DNA of 64,000 bases, from positions 310,001 to 374,000 of the forward strand of contig OW569361.1 in the NCBI GenBank assembly GCA_937625935.1. The letters are read 5' to 3'. This document shows positions 22,685 through 33,561 of the stretch, in pieces. This DNA comes from Tetramitus jugosus. Lineage: Eukaryota > Protista > Heterolobosea. How positions within the stretch are numbered: position 1 is the stretch's first letter; the number at the start of each line of letters is the position of its first letter. The notes under the pieces were generated by a model. It made no database searches, was not told the DNA's origin, and saw only the letters and a program-made list of their open reading frames with translations. Both the position numbers and the translations under genes were made by a program.

Positions 22685-22715
<31 letters not shown>

Positions 22716-23004
22716 TCTGATTGTTGTTGTTGCGATTCTTTTGGTTGCGAAAAGTGTAAAAGGAATAGGATTTTCTCTTATTGTTGTTATTGTTGTTGTA
22801 ACTGTACATGCCATTGTTGTTGTTGCTGTTGCTATTATTATCGGTGCTGTTGCTGTGAAAGAGTGATTGATAGTATTCTTCTAGTTGTTCTTCATCGTAC
22901 AAGTTGGGTGATATCATTTGAGTATTGCTATGGTGATTATTGTTGCCATGTTGTTGTTGATCATTGATGAGCACCATGCCCTCATTGGTGAACACGTGAA
23001 GCAT
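21025..23004 (-). CDS. ArfGAP with two PH domains (ADAP/centaurin-alpha-like)
   Basis: CADC...[22 protein letters not shown] zinc finger; PH domains starting HFGWITKQG...KNWKRR and EKEGALT. Confidence 0.88.
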
Positions 23005-23270
23005 TTTATATTTGAATTCAAAGAGTCGACTACTACTGCTATGTTTGTTTGTGTTGCGCTACTATGATCTACTGTTTGCTTTTGGAGAGAATGTGTGTGT
23101 GATAGGCAAGGAGGATTGTGGTTGATGTTGATGATTTCGTCTTCGCTCAATGGGTTTTTGAGTCAAAGGGAGAAGACGATTTGACATTTGACTCCAACGG
23201 AGAATATTGAGCCAGTTACATTTTTGCCGACATTCGGCCAAATACAAAAAACAAACAAGGGAAAACACAA

Positions 23271-24617
23271 ATGAAAGCTCTAGGTCGCAGACAACTTTTG
23301 ACTTTAAACAAGTCTGTCCATCATCATCACCATCATCACCACCATCATCACGGCCACACATTGTCCATTCTTTCAACACAATGTCGATACAATCAATGTC
23401 ATCAAAATACGACAACAACGACAACAACAAATCACCTGAATAATAATAATAGTCATACGAATACAAAAAAAAAGAAAATAATCAAAGCATGTGCACTTGA
23501 TATTGATGGTGTATTGATCAAGGGCAATCAACCTATTCCAGGTGCAATCGAATCACTCATCAAACTTAAACAATACAATATTCCATTTGTTTGTCTGACA
23601 AATGGTGGTGGCATGTCAGAAGAACTCAAAACCATTAAATTGAATCAAATTCTAAACAAGTACTACAACAATCATAATCATCACAATACTCACATTATAA
23701 CACCAGATCAAATGATACTATCGCACACACCCATGCAACACTTGGCATCACTCTATGCCAATGATCACGTTCTCATTATTGGTGGAGGTGATTGTGATGA
23801 GTTGATGAGAGTGGTGAAATCATATGGATTCAACCATGCAATTCACATTTCACACTACGTTCAAATGAATCCCATTCTGTACCCTACCTTTCCACCACCA
23901 CCACTCTCTCCATCCAATCATCAACAAATAGAACAACAACAACAAATAGAACAACAAATAGAACAACATGTCTTGACCAATCATGATTTCAAAGCCATTC
24001 TCGTCATGTACGATTCAGATCACGTCGGTAGAGATGCTCAAGTGTTGATTGATGTCATGAGATCCAAGGGAACACCTGGGCGTGAACTTTATCATCACTC
24101 CAATAATAATCATCATCATCATCATCACGTACAATTGTACATGTCACATGAAGACTTTTTGTACAGCAGTAATTTCGTATGGCCTCGATTCGGACAAGGA
24201 TTCTTCAAGATGACTGTCCAACACATTTTCAAACAATTGACGGGTCATGATCTGAGAGTAAACATGTATGGTAAGCCTCATGTATCCACCTATCGCTACG
24301 CAGAAAAAGTGTTGCACTCGCAAGTCTTATCTCGTACTAGTCGTATCAGTGACAGTGATGAGAATAGGGATAGTAGTAGTATTGATAATGATGGTGATGA
24401 TATTGAATGGATCATCTATGGTGTGGGTGATAATCCATTTAGTGATATTGCAGGTGCCAATGGAGCAGGTGAACATTGGAGATCAGTGTTGACACGAACA
24501 GGTGTATTCTCAAGTGATGATCCCTCGCTGTTGAATCATGATATTCATCCAGCAGATTACGTTGTACAGGACATTTCACAATTCGTCGATGATTTGATTC
24601 ATGATCGACTTGCATGA
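23271..24617 (+). CDS. HAD-superfamily class IIA hydrolase (HDHD5/CECR5-like), probably mitochondrial
   Basis: ALDIDGVL, LTNGGG, QMILSHTP, YGKP and VGDNPFSDIAGAN motifs; basic presequence-like N-terminus. Confidence 0.88.
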   Translation: MKALGRRQLLTLNKSVHHHHHHHHHHHGHTLSILSTQCRYNQCHQNTTTTTTTNHLNNNNSHTNTKKKKIIKACALDIDGVLIKGNQPIPGAIESLIKLKQYNIPFVCLTNGGGMSEELKTIKLNQILNKYYNNHNHHNTHIITPDQMILSHTPMQHLASLYANDHVLIIGGGDCDELMRVVKSYGFNHAIHISHYVQMNPILYPTFPPPPLSPSNHQQIEQQQQIEQQIEQHVLTNHDFKAILVMYDSDHVGRDAQVLIDVMRSKGTPGRELYHHSNNNHHHHHHVQLYMSHEDFLYSSNFVWPRFGQGFFKMTVQHIFKQLTGHDLRVNMYGKPHVSTYRYAEKVLHSQVLSRTSRISDSDENRDSSSIDNDGDDIEWIIYGVGDNPFSDIAGANGAGEHWRSVLTRTGVFSSDDPSLLNHDIHPADYVVQDISQFVDDLIHDRLA

Positions 24618-25065
24618 TCATGTCCTCTTTCTAGAGGAATCTTCTGGAGGAGACGGGGATGCTTCCCGCATTGACATGGAGTATTCTGACCTGGTGGAGA
24701 GACCGCACGCACGAACTCGACTGGTCCTTGCTCTACGGTGATATCCTTGAACCACACAACCGAATCAACCAAAATTTTATTTGCCTTTTTATAATTCAAG
24801 TTACGCGATCGCAAGCTGGATAATTCACAAAAATATACCATAGCACAAATTTGAAAGGCTCACAGGAGCGAAACTCGCGTGTTACACGGGACTTTTCGCT
24901 GATTCTCGTTTGAACAATAAACACACACAAAGCAAAGCGATAACAGCGAGCTCTACCACACAGTATCCAATATTTGCTTTGTGATTCATCATCATCAACA
25001 AACAACAAACCAACCCGAATCATATCAATCAATTCATCATCATCATTCGTTCGTTTTAACCATCA

Positions 25066-27768
25066 ATGATGGAATCGATAACAAAATCATTCACCACGTG
25101 GAAAAACAAGTGGAAATGGAGACAAAAGTACATGTTTTATCTCCATGTGCTCTACATTGTTCTGGTCGGACTGTTCATGGGTACTTTGATTTATGGGATT
25201 GAACGTGTTCATTATCGCAGAAATCATCATCATCAACCCATTGCGAATACAACAATAATCGATGCATCCAACAACAATAACAACAACAACACTAACACTA
25301 CTACCACTACTACCACTACTACACAAAAGAATCCAATCAGTTATTTAGACAGTGTATTCACATCTTATTCAGCTCTGTGTGTCAGTGGTCTCATCACCAT
25401 TGACAACTCAAAGCTCACTATCGCAAGTCAAATCATCATCTTTATATGCATATGTCTCGGTGGTTTCACATTCACTAGTCTGCCTGCTCTTCTCGTCAAG
25501 ATTCATCTCGAGAGAAAACGAATGATGAGAAGGAGGAGAGTGAGAGAAATGGCACTGTTGGCATCTTCTGATTACCCCACGACTACTACTACAACATCAA
25601 CAACAAATGTTGCTGCACCTCAATACAATAATAATAACAATAATAATAATGTAACATTGTTGATACCTCAACAACAACAACAACAACAACAACAACTATC
25701 ATCATCATCATCATACACTGATACAACAACAACAATGGATGATTTATCATTGGATCACACAACAAGTCATGGTAGAGGTAGAGGTAGTAGTGGTGGCAGA
25801 AACAATAATCGCAGTAGAGACAATACAACGAGAATGGTGTTTGATATGGAGAGACCGATACCAACAACACCTCAATCACGTCAACAACAACAACAACAAC
25901 AGCAATCACAACAACAACAGCAGCAGCGACAACAAACAACATTGCGACCACCACCACCACCGCAGAATCGCAATCATCGTAGCAACAGTGTCAGTAGCAA
26001 TGAAAGCAACGATGATGATGAACCAACAAGTGGTGCTGTGATTGATCATGTACCCGTCATGCTCACCAGTATCTATTCTACGACTGCTGCTGCTACTACT
26101 CCAACGAGCAGTCATCATCATCATCATGATCATCATCAGGGCACTTCCACATCTTCACTCTTACCACCCAATCATCGCTATTCACATGACATTCCACGTT
26201 TGATCACTCAAGAACCACCATCATCATCATCATCATCACTACAAGCATTATCACAACAACAACAACAACAACAATCGAGAACATATCGCAACATTGTCTC
26301 TCAAGTACTAAAGTATAAGCCACCACCTGCATCGGACATTAGTTACTTGGCTCACGTGTGGCTCTTTTTCATGATTTTATTGTGTGAGGCCGTAGTGCTC
26401 CTGTTTGGATTTGTTTCTCTGATGGCATGTCTCACCGTGTACAAGAAGAATAATGGGCCAGATTCGTTGGACGGTGTCAACACATGGTGGTCCTCCCTGT
26501 TTCTGACCATGTCTGCGTTCAACAATGCAGGCATGACCACCTTTTCGGACAATGTGATGCGATTCAAGGAGAATGCACCAGTGTTGTTAACCATATCGGT
26601 GTTGATTGTCTTTGGTAACACATGTTTCCCCATTTTGTTGCGAGCATTCATCTGGTTGTGCTACGTCTGTTCCAAGCGAAACCGTCTCGTCTTCAAATAC
26701 ATGCTCGACAAGCATCATCACATGACGGTTCACTTGTTTCCCAGTTTGCAAACCAGAGTCTACGCCACCATTACCCTCACATTACTCTCCTGTGGCACAC
26801 TGCTCGGTTTCATTACACTGGTCGCACAGCCCAATGCATTCACAAAGTATTATGATATGAGGCGATCAAAACTCTTTCTCACAAGCTTCTTCCAGGCAGT
26901 GTCCATGAGAGCAGCAGGGTTTCAATCCGTGGATCTCAACATGTTCTCCATGGGTACACTGGTTTTTTATGTGATGATGATGAGAATCAAGTCTCAGATG
27001 GCATGTGACCTCAAGGAAGGTGCCTACAAGATTGACAAGAGAGAGATTCAATTTCAACAAGACAACATCAACAAGATCAATTCAGCGGTACCACCACCAT
27101 TAGCTGTAGTGTCATCCTCAGTGCACCAACAGCAGCAGCAGCCTCAAGACCAACTGCAACAAGAAGAAGAAGAAGAGTTGGATCCCTATGCTGTTCAACA
27201 CATGTTGCGCATGAGAAATCACTCACAATATATATCCAACATGCTAAAGTACGAGATTGATAATACGGAGGACTCTCTGATCGAAAGCATGGTGGATGAT
27301 CTTTCCACCTCCAAGTCCTCTGTACTATGGAAAACTACATTAGCAAAAGCTCGGCTCTACCTGCGAAAGATTTGGCATCATTCCATTTCTCTATTGCAGA
27401 GGAACAACATGTGGTTGGTACTCATTATTATTCTCATTTGCCTCACAGAACAGAAAAAGCTCGCTTCGGATCTAAACTTTACCTTCTTCAAGATTGTGTT
27501 TGAAGTGATATCGGCATTTGGAAATGTTGGAGTGTCTCTGGGTCATCCAAGTGTGATTGTGAGCTTCAGTGGCGTCCTCAGTCCCTTCTCACAATTTCTC
27601 ATCATCTGGACAATGATCATGGGTAGGCATCGTGGTCTGTCCGGCTCGATGGATGATCAAGACCAGTTAATTTTGCTGCAGCGGATTGACGATGAAAAAG
27701 AGCTTTTGCAGTCGGTTCCACAACAACCCGCAGAGCTCAGCACCTCCACTACTATTAAAATGGATTAA
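25066..27768 (+). CDS. Trk/HKT-family K+/Na+ transporter
   Basis: Four pore motifs (SALCVSGL, SAFNNAG, AVSMRAAGF, FEVISAFGNVGVSLG) and a terminal MIMGRHRGL. Confidence 0.9.
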   Translation: MMESITKSFTTWKNKWKWRQKYMFYLHVLYIVLVGLFMGTLIYGIERVHYRRNHHHQPIANTTIIDASNNNNNNNTNTTTTTTTTTQKNPISYLDSVFTSYSALCVSGLITIDNSKLTIASQIIIFICICLGGFTFTSLPALLVKIHLERKRMMRRRRVREMALLASSDYPTTTTTTSTTNVAAPQYNNNNNNNNVTLLIPQQQQQQQQQLSSSSSYTDTTTTMDDLSLDHTTSHGRGRGSSGGRNNNRSRDNTTRMVFDMERPIPTTPQSRQQQQQQQQSQQQQQQRQQTTLRPPPPPQNRNHRSNSVSSNESNDDDEPTSGAVIDHVPVMLTSIYSTTAAATTPTSSHHHHHDHHQGTSTSSLLPPNHRYSHDIPRLITQEPPSSSSSSLQALSQQQQQQQSRTYRNIVSQVLKYKPPPASDISYLAHVWLFFMILLCEAVVLLFGFVSLMACLTVYKKNNGPDSLDGVNTWWSSLFLTMSAFNNAGMTTFSDNVMRFKENAPVLLTISVLIVFGNTCFPILLRAFIWLCYVCSKRNRLVFKYMLDKHHHMTVHLFPSLQTRVYATITLTLLSCGTLLGFITLVAQPNAFTKYYDMRRSKLFLTSFFQAVSMRAAGFQSVDLNMFSMGTLVFYVMMMRIKSQMACDLKEGAYKIDKREIQFQQDNINKINSAVPPPLAVVSSSVHQQQQQPQDQLQQEEEEELDPYAVQHMLRMRNHSQYISNMLKYEIDNTEDSLIESMVDDLSTSKSSVLWKTTLAKARLYLRKIWHHSISLLQRNNMWLVLIIILICLTEQKKLASDLNFTFFKIVFEVISAFGNVGVSLGHPSVIVSFSGVLSPFSQFLIIWTMIMGRHRGLSGSMDDQDQLILLQRIDDEKELLQSVPQQPAELSTSTTIKMD

Positions 27769-28015
27769 TTTGGTGAACTCGCGAACATTCATGTGCGGTT
27801 CTTTTCAGTATTCATTCTGACTGTCTGATCTTCGCGTTCCATTCACGAGCAATTTTCCGACCATTCAAGACCCCGCCGTTGATGAATTTCGCTTGTTCAG
27901 AACGAGAAGAGCTCAAACCAAACTGGATCGTTTCGAGCAGGTACCAGATCCTATTTTATAAACGAAAGAAACACGCTCTCACCCATCATCAACCAACGAA
28001 CGACCCATCACACAA

Positions 28016-29137
28016 ATGAACAGCAACAATAACCACCGGAACCATCAGAACAGTAAAGACAGCCCGAGTGGTGGTTCCATGAACAACAATCGAATGGACT
28101 CTTACTTTTTTCAACTCTTCTCCAACCACATTCTCGATGGAAAAGGAGTAGATGGAGGCAGCAGTGGTGGAGGTGCACCACCGAATGGCAGCAGCACAGC
28201 CACCACCACCGCCACCACAACAACAACAACAACACATGCAACACAAGATGAACAAGCACAAAAATTATCCACTCCACCTCCCAATCAAAACACAGTGCAA
28301 CCAAGATTACAACCCAGAACAACAACATCAACAACTGCATCAACATCCTCCGCACTCTTTCAAGACAGTGACGATGATGATGAAGAAGAAGAAGATGATG
28401 ATGATGCCAATGATGCAGAAAAGTTGAGATTGTTGAATGAGATTGAACGACTGAGACGATCGAATCATGAACTCGAGGAGGAAATTATGATCTTTAGGGA
28501 TGATGTCATGTTCCAGTTTGACGATGCCGACGTTTCTGCTTGTGTGGGACAAGAACAAAACGAACAGGGGAGTCAAAAAACATGGATCGGATTCATTGCG
28601 GCAGACAGCAATGATCAACTGTTGCTCATGACTGATCACTTGAGAGAGCAGTTGGGTGTTGATAAACTACGAGTGAGAGATTATCACTGGAGCGATCTCA
28701 TGCAGTCGTTGTCAACCACTGCGGACAAATCTGACTCCCATTCTTCCTCCTCCACTCATGATCATGACACGAGTCGCAATCGTCAATCTCCTCACTTGAA
28801 TACAATGATCAACTGGGATCAACTATCAGTGTTCCCTCTTCAAAATCATCTCAACAATAATATCTCTGGCAACAACACCAACACCACCAATTACAATTAC
28901 AGTCGTTTTCAGAATGGAGGAAGCAATTCCTTTTGTTATCTGGGGGCATTCCGGTTGAGACATTTAAATAGTGAGAACAATCGTGCATCAATCGTTCAAT
29001 GCAAGAAAGCAATTAGAAGAATGACTTACTCGAATACGATGAGTAGTGGTTCTCCACAGCAGAGTAATAATCACAATACGACATCACCACCCTTGTGCTA
29101 CAGTATGACGAAACTGTACTATTTCGCTTCTCGTTGA
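28016..29137 (+). CDS. Hypothetical protein (low-complexity N-terminus, short coiled coil)
   Basis: 373-aa ORF with host-like composition; no family recognised. Confidence 0.6.
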   Translation: MNSNNNHRNHQNSKDSPSGGSMNNNRMDSYFFQLFSNHILDGKGVDGGSSGGGAPPNGSSTATTTATTTTTTTHATQDEQAQKLSTPPPNQNTVQPRLQPRTTTSTTASTSSALFQDSDDDDEEEEDDDDANDAEKLRLLNEIERLRRSNHELEEEIMIFRDDVMFQFDDADVSACVGQEQNEQGSQKTWIGFIAADSNDQLLLMTDHLREQLGVDKLRVRDYHWSDLMQSLSTTADKSDSHSSSSTHDHDTSRNRQSPHLNTMINWDQLSVFPLQNHLNNNISGNNTNTTNYNYSRFQNGGSNSFCYLGAFRLRHLNSENNRASIVQCKKAIRRMTYSNTMSSGSPQQSNNHNTTSPPLCYSMTKLYYFASR

Positions 29138-29238
29138 CCGTGCATGAATGACACACTGAAGAAGACACACAAGAAAAAGTTTTTTTGGCAAGGTGATACA
29201 TGCATTACATTGAAGAGAGACAAATAACTCGTTTTTTT

Positions 29239-29708
29239 TTATTGCGAGAGTGCACTAATGTAATACACTGTCATTTGGCAACCAAACAAAAAGGAGAATA
29301 AATGTCCATCCGAAAACAGATCACACACGTGCAACAATTGTTAGCATGGAATAATGAGCAGCACAAGACACAAACAATAAACATAACATTGCAAGCAACA
29401 ACAACAACAACAACAAAAATCCAAATCTCCCATCATGATCGATCATCTGGCACTCAACTCAGCTAACATCTAACAAACATACCATTGTTTCCTCTTATAA
29501 ATGTATCACCAAACATATTTGTCCTACTTCCATTGACAAACTCCTCAGTCTGTTCCAGTGCAATGTTCATATAACCGTCCAAACAAGCCAAAACTCCTCT
29601 GTATTCGACACCAGAGTTTAATTGTACAATAACTGGTTTACCAACGACTTGTCGCAGAAAATCAGATGGTTTCTTTCCACTGGATGGTGCATTGGCCGAT
29701 GATTGCAT
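29239..29708 (-). CDS. LSM6: U6 snRNA-associated Sm-like protein LSm6; 2 exons, intron 29268-29482
   Basis: PSDFLRQVVGKPVIVQLNSGVEYRGVLACLDGYMNIALEQTEE...FIRGNN, with the last exon VYYISALSQ* joined through GTATGT...CAG. Confidence 0.92.
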
Positions 29709-30087
29709 TCTCGTTGAACTTCTTGTTGTTGTGGGATACAAAGTTTATCTTCTTTTTTTCCCCGGTTTTTTTACTTCCCGCCAAAATCTACTTTTAGATT
29801 GGGAGGAACCCCAGAACAAAGAAATAATGGTGCAGCCAAATTTTTTTGTTCGTCAGGTTCTTTGAAAAACAGAAACAAACGAACGCACACGCTCCAACCA
29901 GTTGTTGTTGTCTGTTCACCCCACGCACACCACATTTTTGATACAACAACAATCTTTCTTTGCGTGACCTTCACACACAAATCCGTTCAACCGTACCTGA
30001 ACAAATACTTTTCCTCTCAGTGTTGTACAATCACACAAGTGTTCAACCAACCGTCACTGAACAAATACAAACAATACAACAAAAAAA

Positions 30088-31107
30088 ATGTCCCTCACAA
30101 CAACTACAACAATGGCTCCACCACCAGGTTCCTACCACAAGAGTGGTGCTCCCCCTCAGAGTGACCACTACAAGAGACAGATGCAAATGAAGACACAGTA
30201 TGAGCTCCGATGCTCCGACTGTGGCACAGCAGAGTACCTTGTGGAAGACGGTGGCTCCACCAAGTGCACTGAATGTGGATTGATTGCAAGTCAATATGTG
30301 ATCGATATGGGTCAAGAGTGGCACAATTATGATGATGATGGTGGTGATGATAAGAGCAGAGTGGGTAACGTAGGTGATCCATTGTTGGGTGGTGATCTGA
30401 GCACTGATATTAGCAATACAAAGAATGCAAAGCATTTGATGCGTGGTCACATGAGAAACACAAAGAATGATGCCGAACGAAACCTAAAGGAAGGATTTCA
30501 AAAGATTGAGGAAATGGCAGGAAAGTTGGAAATTCTCAGCAGTTATACCAACACTGCCAAACAACTGTACAAGATTATGTACGAACTAAAGCCAATCAAG
30601 TCATCAAAGGACATGATTGGATACGCAACAGCATCACTGTATGCCGCGTGCAAGATTGGTGGCATTGCACGTCAACTCAAGGAATTCATGGCAGTCAGCA
30701 CTCTGGACAAGAAGACAATTGGCAAGTTTTATAAGAAGATTGAAACAGAGTCCAAGAGAGTGGGTCAGAACGGTTCTGCAATCAACGAAGGAATGGATCT
30801 AGGCTACCAATCCAACACACCTGCTCAAATGATTCCTCGATTTGCCACAGGTCTCAAACTGGATAACAAGGTGAGATCCGCAGCAGAGAGAGTGGCACAG
30901 AAGGCTGTTGAGTTTGGTATTACATCTGGTAAGGCACCGACGACCGTGGCTGCTGCTGCTATTCTCATGTGCTCCCAGTTGCACACCAACAAGACTCCCA
31001 TCAAGGACATTATTGAGATTACTGGTGTGACTGAATCTACGATTCGAAAGTGCCTCAAGGACCTTGAAGCCAACCTGGAGAAGTTGTTGCCTGGTGGTAA
31101 GCTCTAA
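30088..31107 (+). CDS. TFIIB: Transcription initiation factor IIB
   Basis: Zinc ribbon CSDC...CTECG, IDMGQEW...SRVG, and two cyclin folds (ASLYAAC, GKAPTTVAAAAI, GVTESTIR). Confidence 0.9.
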   Translation: MSLTTTTTMAPPPGSYHKSGAPPQSDHYKRQMQMKTQYELRCSDCGTAEYLVEDGGSTKCTECGLIASQYVIDMGQEWHNYDDDGGDDKSRVGNVGDPLLGGDLSTDISNTKNAKHLMRGHMRNTKNDAERNLKEGFQKIEEMAGKLEILSSYTNTAKQLYKIMYELKPIKSSKDMIGYATASLYAACKIGGIARQLKEFMAVSTLDKKTIGKFYKKIETESKRVGQNGSAINEGMDLGYQSNTPAQMIPRFATGLKLDNKVRSAAERVAQKAVEFGITSGKAPTTVAAAAILMCSQLHTNKTPIKDIIEITGVTESTIRKCLKDLEANLEKLLPGGKL

Positions 31108-31171
31108 AATACCCATCTATTCTCTCTCTATTTTAAATTCAATAAGAATGATTGATGGCGCCAATGTGGAC

Positions 31172-32401
31172 TCAACAAATGTTTGTTTTATTCATCATTC
31201 CCATGTAGGTGACATGGTCATCGTACAATGATGGCCATGCATCATCCTGTGCATAATTTGAGAAATCAGGTCGAATGGTCATCGACCAATCAATAAATAC
31301 CTTCCATTGATCCATTGTCATTACCTTGTGTTTACTTTGATGCAGGAGATAGCGACAGAATGAGTCAACGTGCACAGATCGCTCCCTCATGATGCAGTAC
31401 AGTGCATGTGCAGCAACAACAATATCTACGCACTTGGTCATGGTTGCTGCTCTCTGATTTTGTACAAGATGACTGCTGTTCTTAATCACGACCAACAACT
31501 GGAACGCAAATGTCATGAATTGTTTCACTTGATCCATGGACCACATGGTTGTTTCGTGCATCAATTGAATGCGTACCCAGTGACACAACTTTTCAATGGA
31601 ATCAACCTGATTCTGAAACATGAGAAACATCCAATCATTTCTCGTAATCTTCATAGTCATCATCACTTGTGAATGACGGTCATCTACTGCTGCAACAGCA
31701 TCGGATGATGTAAAGTGTTGCTTCTTCTTGTGTAATATGAGCTTGTACATGAACAGAAAATAATGAATATTGAACATGTTTTGTATTCCCATATGTTGCA
31801 TCATGAGCTCTAATCCTGATGATGCTGTGGATGTATAATTTGTTGGTGGTATTATTGTTGTTGTTGTTGTATTATGATTGGGCAGTTGAAAAAAGGGATG
31901 ATTGTATGACATGATCAGTTCTTGAGAATTGTTTGTATTCTGTGTATAGTATTCAAACAATTGAATACACTGATCCATTCTGAATGATGAAACCTGTGGT
32001 GGCAGTTTTGGTGATGAGCGATGATGGACTGGTTGATGTTGTTGTTGTTGTTGTTGAGTTGTTGATGTTGTTCGTTGCTTCTTTTGATTGTTGTCAATGT
32101 GGTGGTGATGGTGATCCAATGAGTCAATATGCACACATTCGTCATCATCCAGACTTGAATACTTTCGCTTGTTGTTGTTGTTGTTGTTGCTGAGATGGCC
32201 AACACTGAGTGGTTGCGTCATCTCCGCAGATTGGCACCGGCACATAACCATTGGATGATGATAGCAAATGTTGGCTGCAACGTTAATATACTTGTGATAA
32301 TGGAGCATGTTGGTGATGTCTTTGAGCACAACAAACGAAGTCTTGTCTTGAGATTGTTTTTTGGCCTGGTGTGAATTTAGATTCGGCGTAAAATGACTCA
32401 C
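31172..32401 (-). CDS. Divergent DCN1-like (cullin-neddylation PONY domain) protein; start uncertain
   Basis: C-terminal KVMTMDQWKVFIDWSMTIRPDFSNYAQDDAWPSLYDDHV matches the DCN1 DxW...D.SNYD...AWP.L.D motif. Confidence 0.7.
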   Translation of the reverse strand: MSHFTPNLNSHQAKKQSQDKTSFVVLKDITNMLHYHKYINVAANICYHHPMVMCRCQSAEMTQPLSVGHLSNNNNNNKRKYSSLDDDECVHIDSLDHHHHHIDNNQKKQRTTSTTQQQQQQHQPVHHRSSPKLPPQVSSFRMDQCIQLFEYYTQNTNNSQELIMSYNHPFFQLPNHNTTTTTIIPPTNYTSTASSGLELMMQHMGIQNMFNIHYFLFMYKLILHKKKQHFTSSDAVAAVDDRHSQVMMTMKITRNDWMFLMFQNQVDSIEKLCHWVRIQLMHETTMWSMDQVKQFMTFAFQLLVVIKNSSHLVQNQRAATMTKCVDIVVAAHALYCIMRERSVHVDSFCRYLLHQSKHKVMTMDQWKVFIDWSMTIRPDFSNYAQDDAWPSLYDDHVTYMGMMNKTNIC

Positions 32402-32508
32402 AGGTGGTCCAGAAAAGAGAAGAATTCGATTTTTTGCAGGAAAATGTGTTCTCCGCGCTTTACTGTAGAGGAGACGTGATTTGACCGATGATAAATATTG
32501 TAAACAAG

Positions 32509-33327
32509 TTAAATGAAGGGGATCACATTTGGCAAGTTGACGTCCTCAAAGAAATCCTTCACCTGCTTTCTCTTCAAAGTGTGACTAAAGTGAATGAGAA
32601 CAAAGTTGGTGTCTGGATGACTCCGGACGATTGGCTCCAAACCCTGCCAATGCATGTGACCTTTGCTGTTTGACTGCTCTCCTTCGAGGAACGTGCACTC
32701 CACAACGACGTAAGGCATCGTGCTCAACACTGGATTTTGTTCGAATACCTCTGGTGTCGTATCACCCAAAAATGCAAACAATGGAACTGAGATTTCCTCA
32801 GAGACATCAACACCACTCTTTCTCAACTCACCCACTTGTCTTCCGCTCATGGTTGCGTACTCTGCCTTCAACTTCTTTCTCTTCTCAAAGAATGCATAAC
32901 CAACACATGGAACAGTGTGGCAACACTTGATTACTTGACACGAGTAGATATCACTGAGTGCAATGATATCGTTTGGTGCCACTGGTTTCAGTGAATAAAA
33001 CTCTCTCTCACCCATGGGACTCTCCACTCCGTCATTCATGTTCTGAGCACTCTTGAGATACGAATAGAGCAAATGCTTCGTCTCCTGTGGAGCAAAAATA
33101 TCAAGAATTTTTCCTCTAGTGTACGTGTAGGGCACATGATAGGAATGATCCGAGTGACAATGCGTAATGAATAGCTTGGATGGCTTGTGCTTGAGTGTTT
33201 CACCTGCATCGAACATGTAACCAAGTTCTGGACAGTAGATGCATGTGGCATCACCTGCTCTCGAATAACCAGTCAGTGTTAACTTGTTGTTCAGTATTTT
33301 GATTGTGGTTGTCGGTTTCTCCTCCAT
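32509..33327 (-). CDS. Short-form (TM-type) tRNase Z, metallo-beta-lactamase fold
   Basis: GYSRAG..TC, FDAG, THCHSDH, HTVPCVGY, KLKAEY (TM-type exosite), GDTT, ECTF, GHMH and LIHFS. Likely start at 33327. Confidence 0.82.
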   Translation of the reverse strand: MEEKPTTTIKILNNKLTLTGYSRAGDATCIYCPELGYMFDAGETLKHKPSKLFITHCHSDHSYHVPYTYTRGKILDIFAPQETKHLLYSYLKSAQNMNDGVESPMGEREFYSLKPVAPNDIIALSDIYSCQVIKCCHTVPCVGYAFFEKRKKLKAEYATMSGRQVGELRKSGVDVSEEISVPLFAFLGDTTPEVFEQNPVLSTMPYVVVECTFLEGEQSNSKGHMHWQGLEPIVRSHPDTNFVLIHFSHTLKRKQVKDFFEDVNLPNVIPFI

Positions 33328-33561
33328 GATTTTCTCTGACGATCGTTTGTTTTGTCTTTGTGTTTTCCAGCAATAAGGGCATTCTTCTTTTATGCGCGAA
33401 GTTTCATGCCCAGCGTCCATGTGAGAATTGAACTCGGAAGTTTCTCGTCGAACTTCAACGTCGACATCCAAATAACTCCGTTATGACGGAAGAGGAAGCT
33501 TCTTAATTGACAGAGTTACGCCATGAAAAAACTCTGATAAATTGCAGCTAAAAAACTTGTC

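Noticed and set aside
27825-27900. Short matches to U4/U6 snRNA words (ACCCCGCCG, GCGTTCCAT)
   Set aside because: The spacing and remaining conserved elements do not fit; likely chance matches in promoter DNA.
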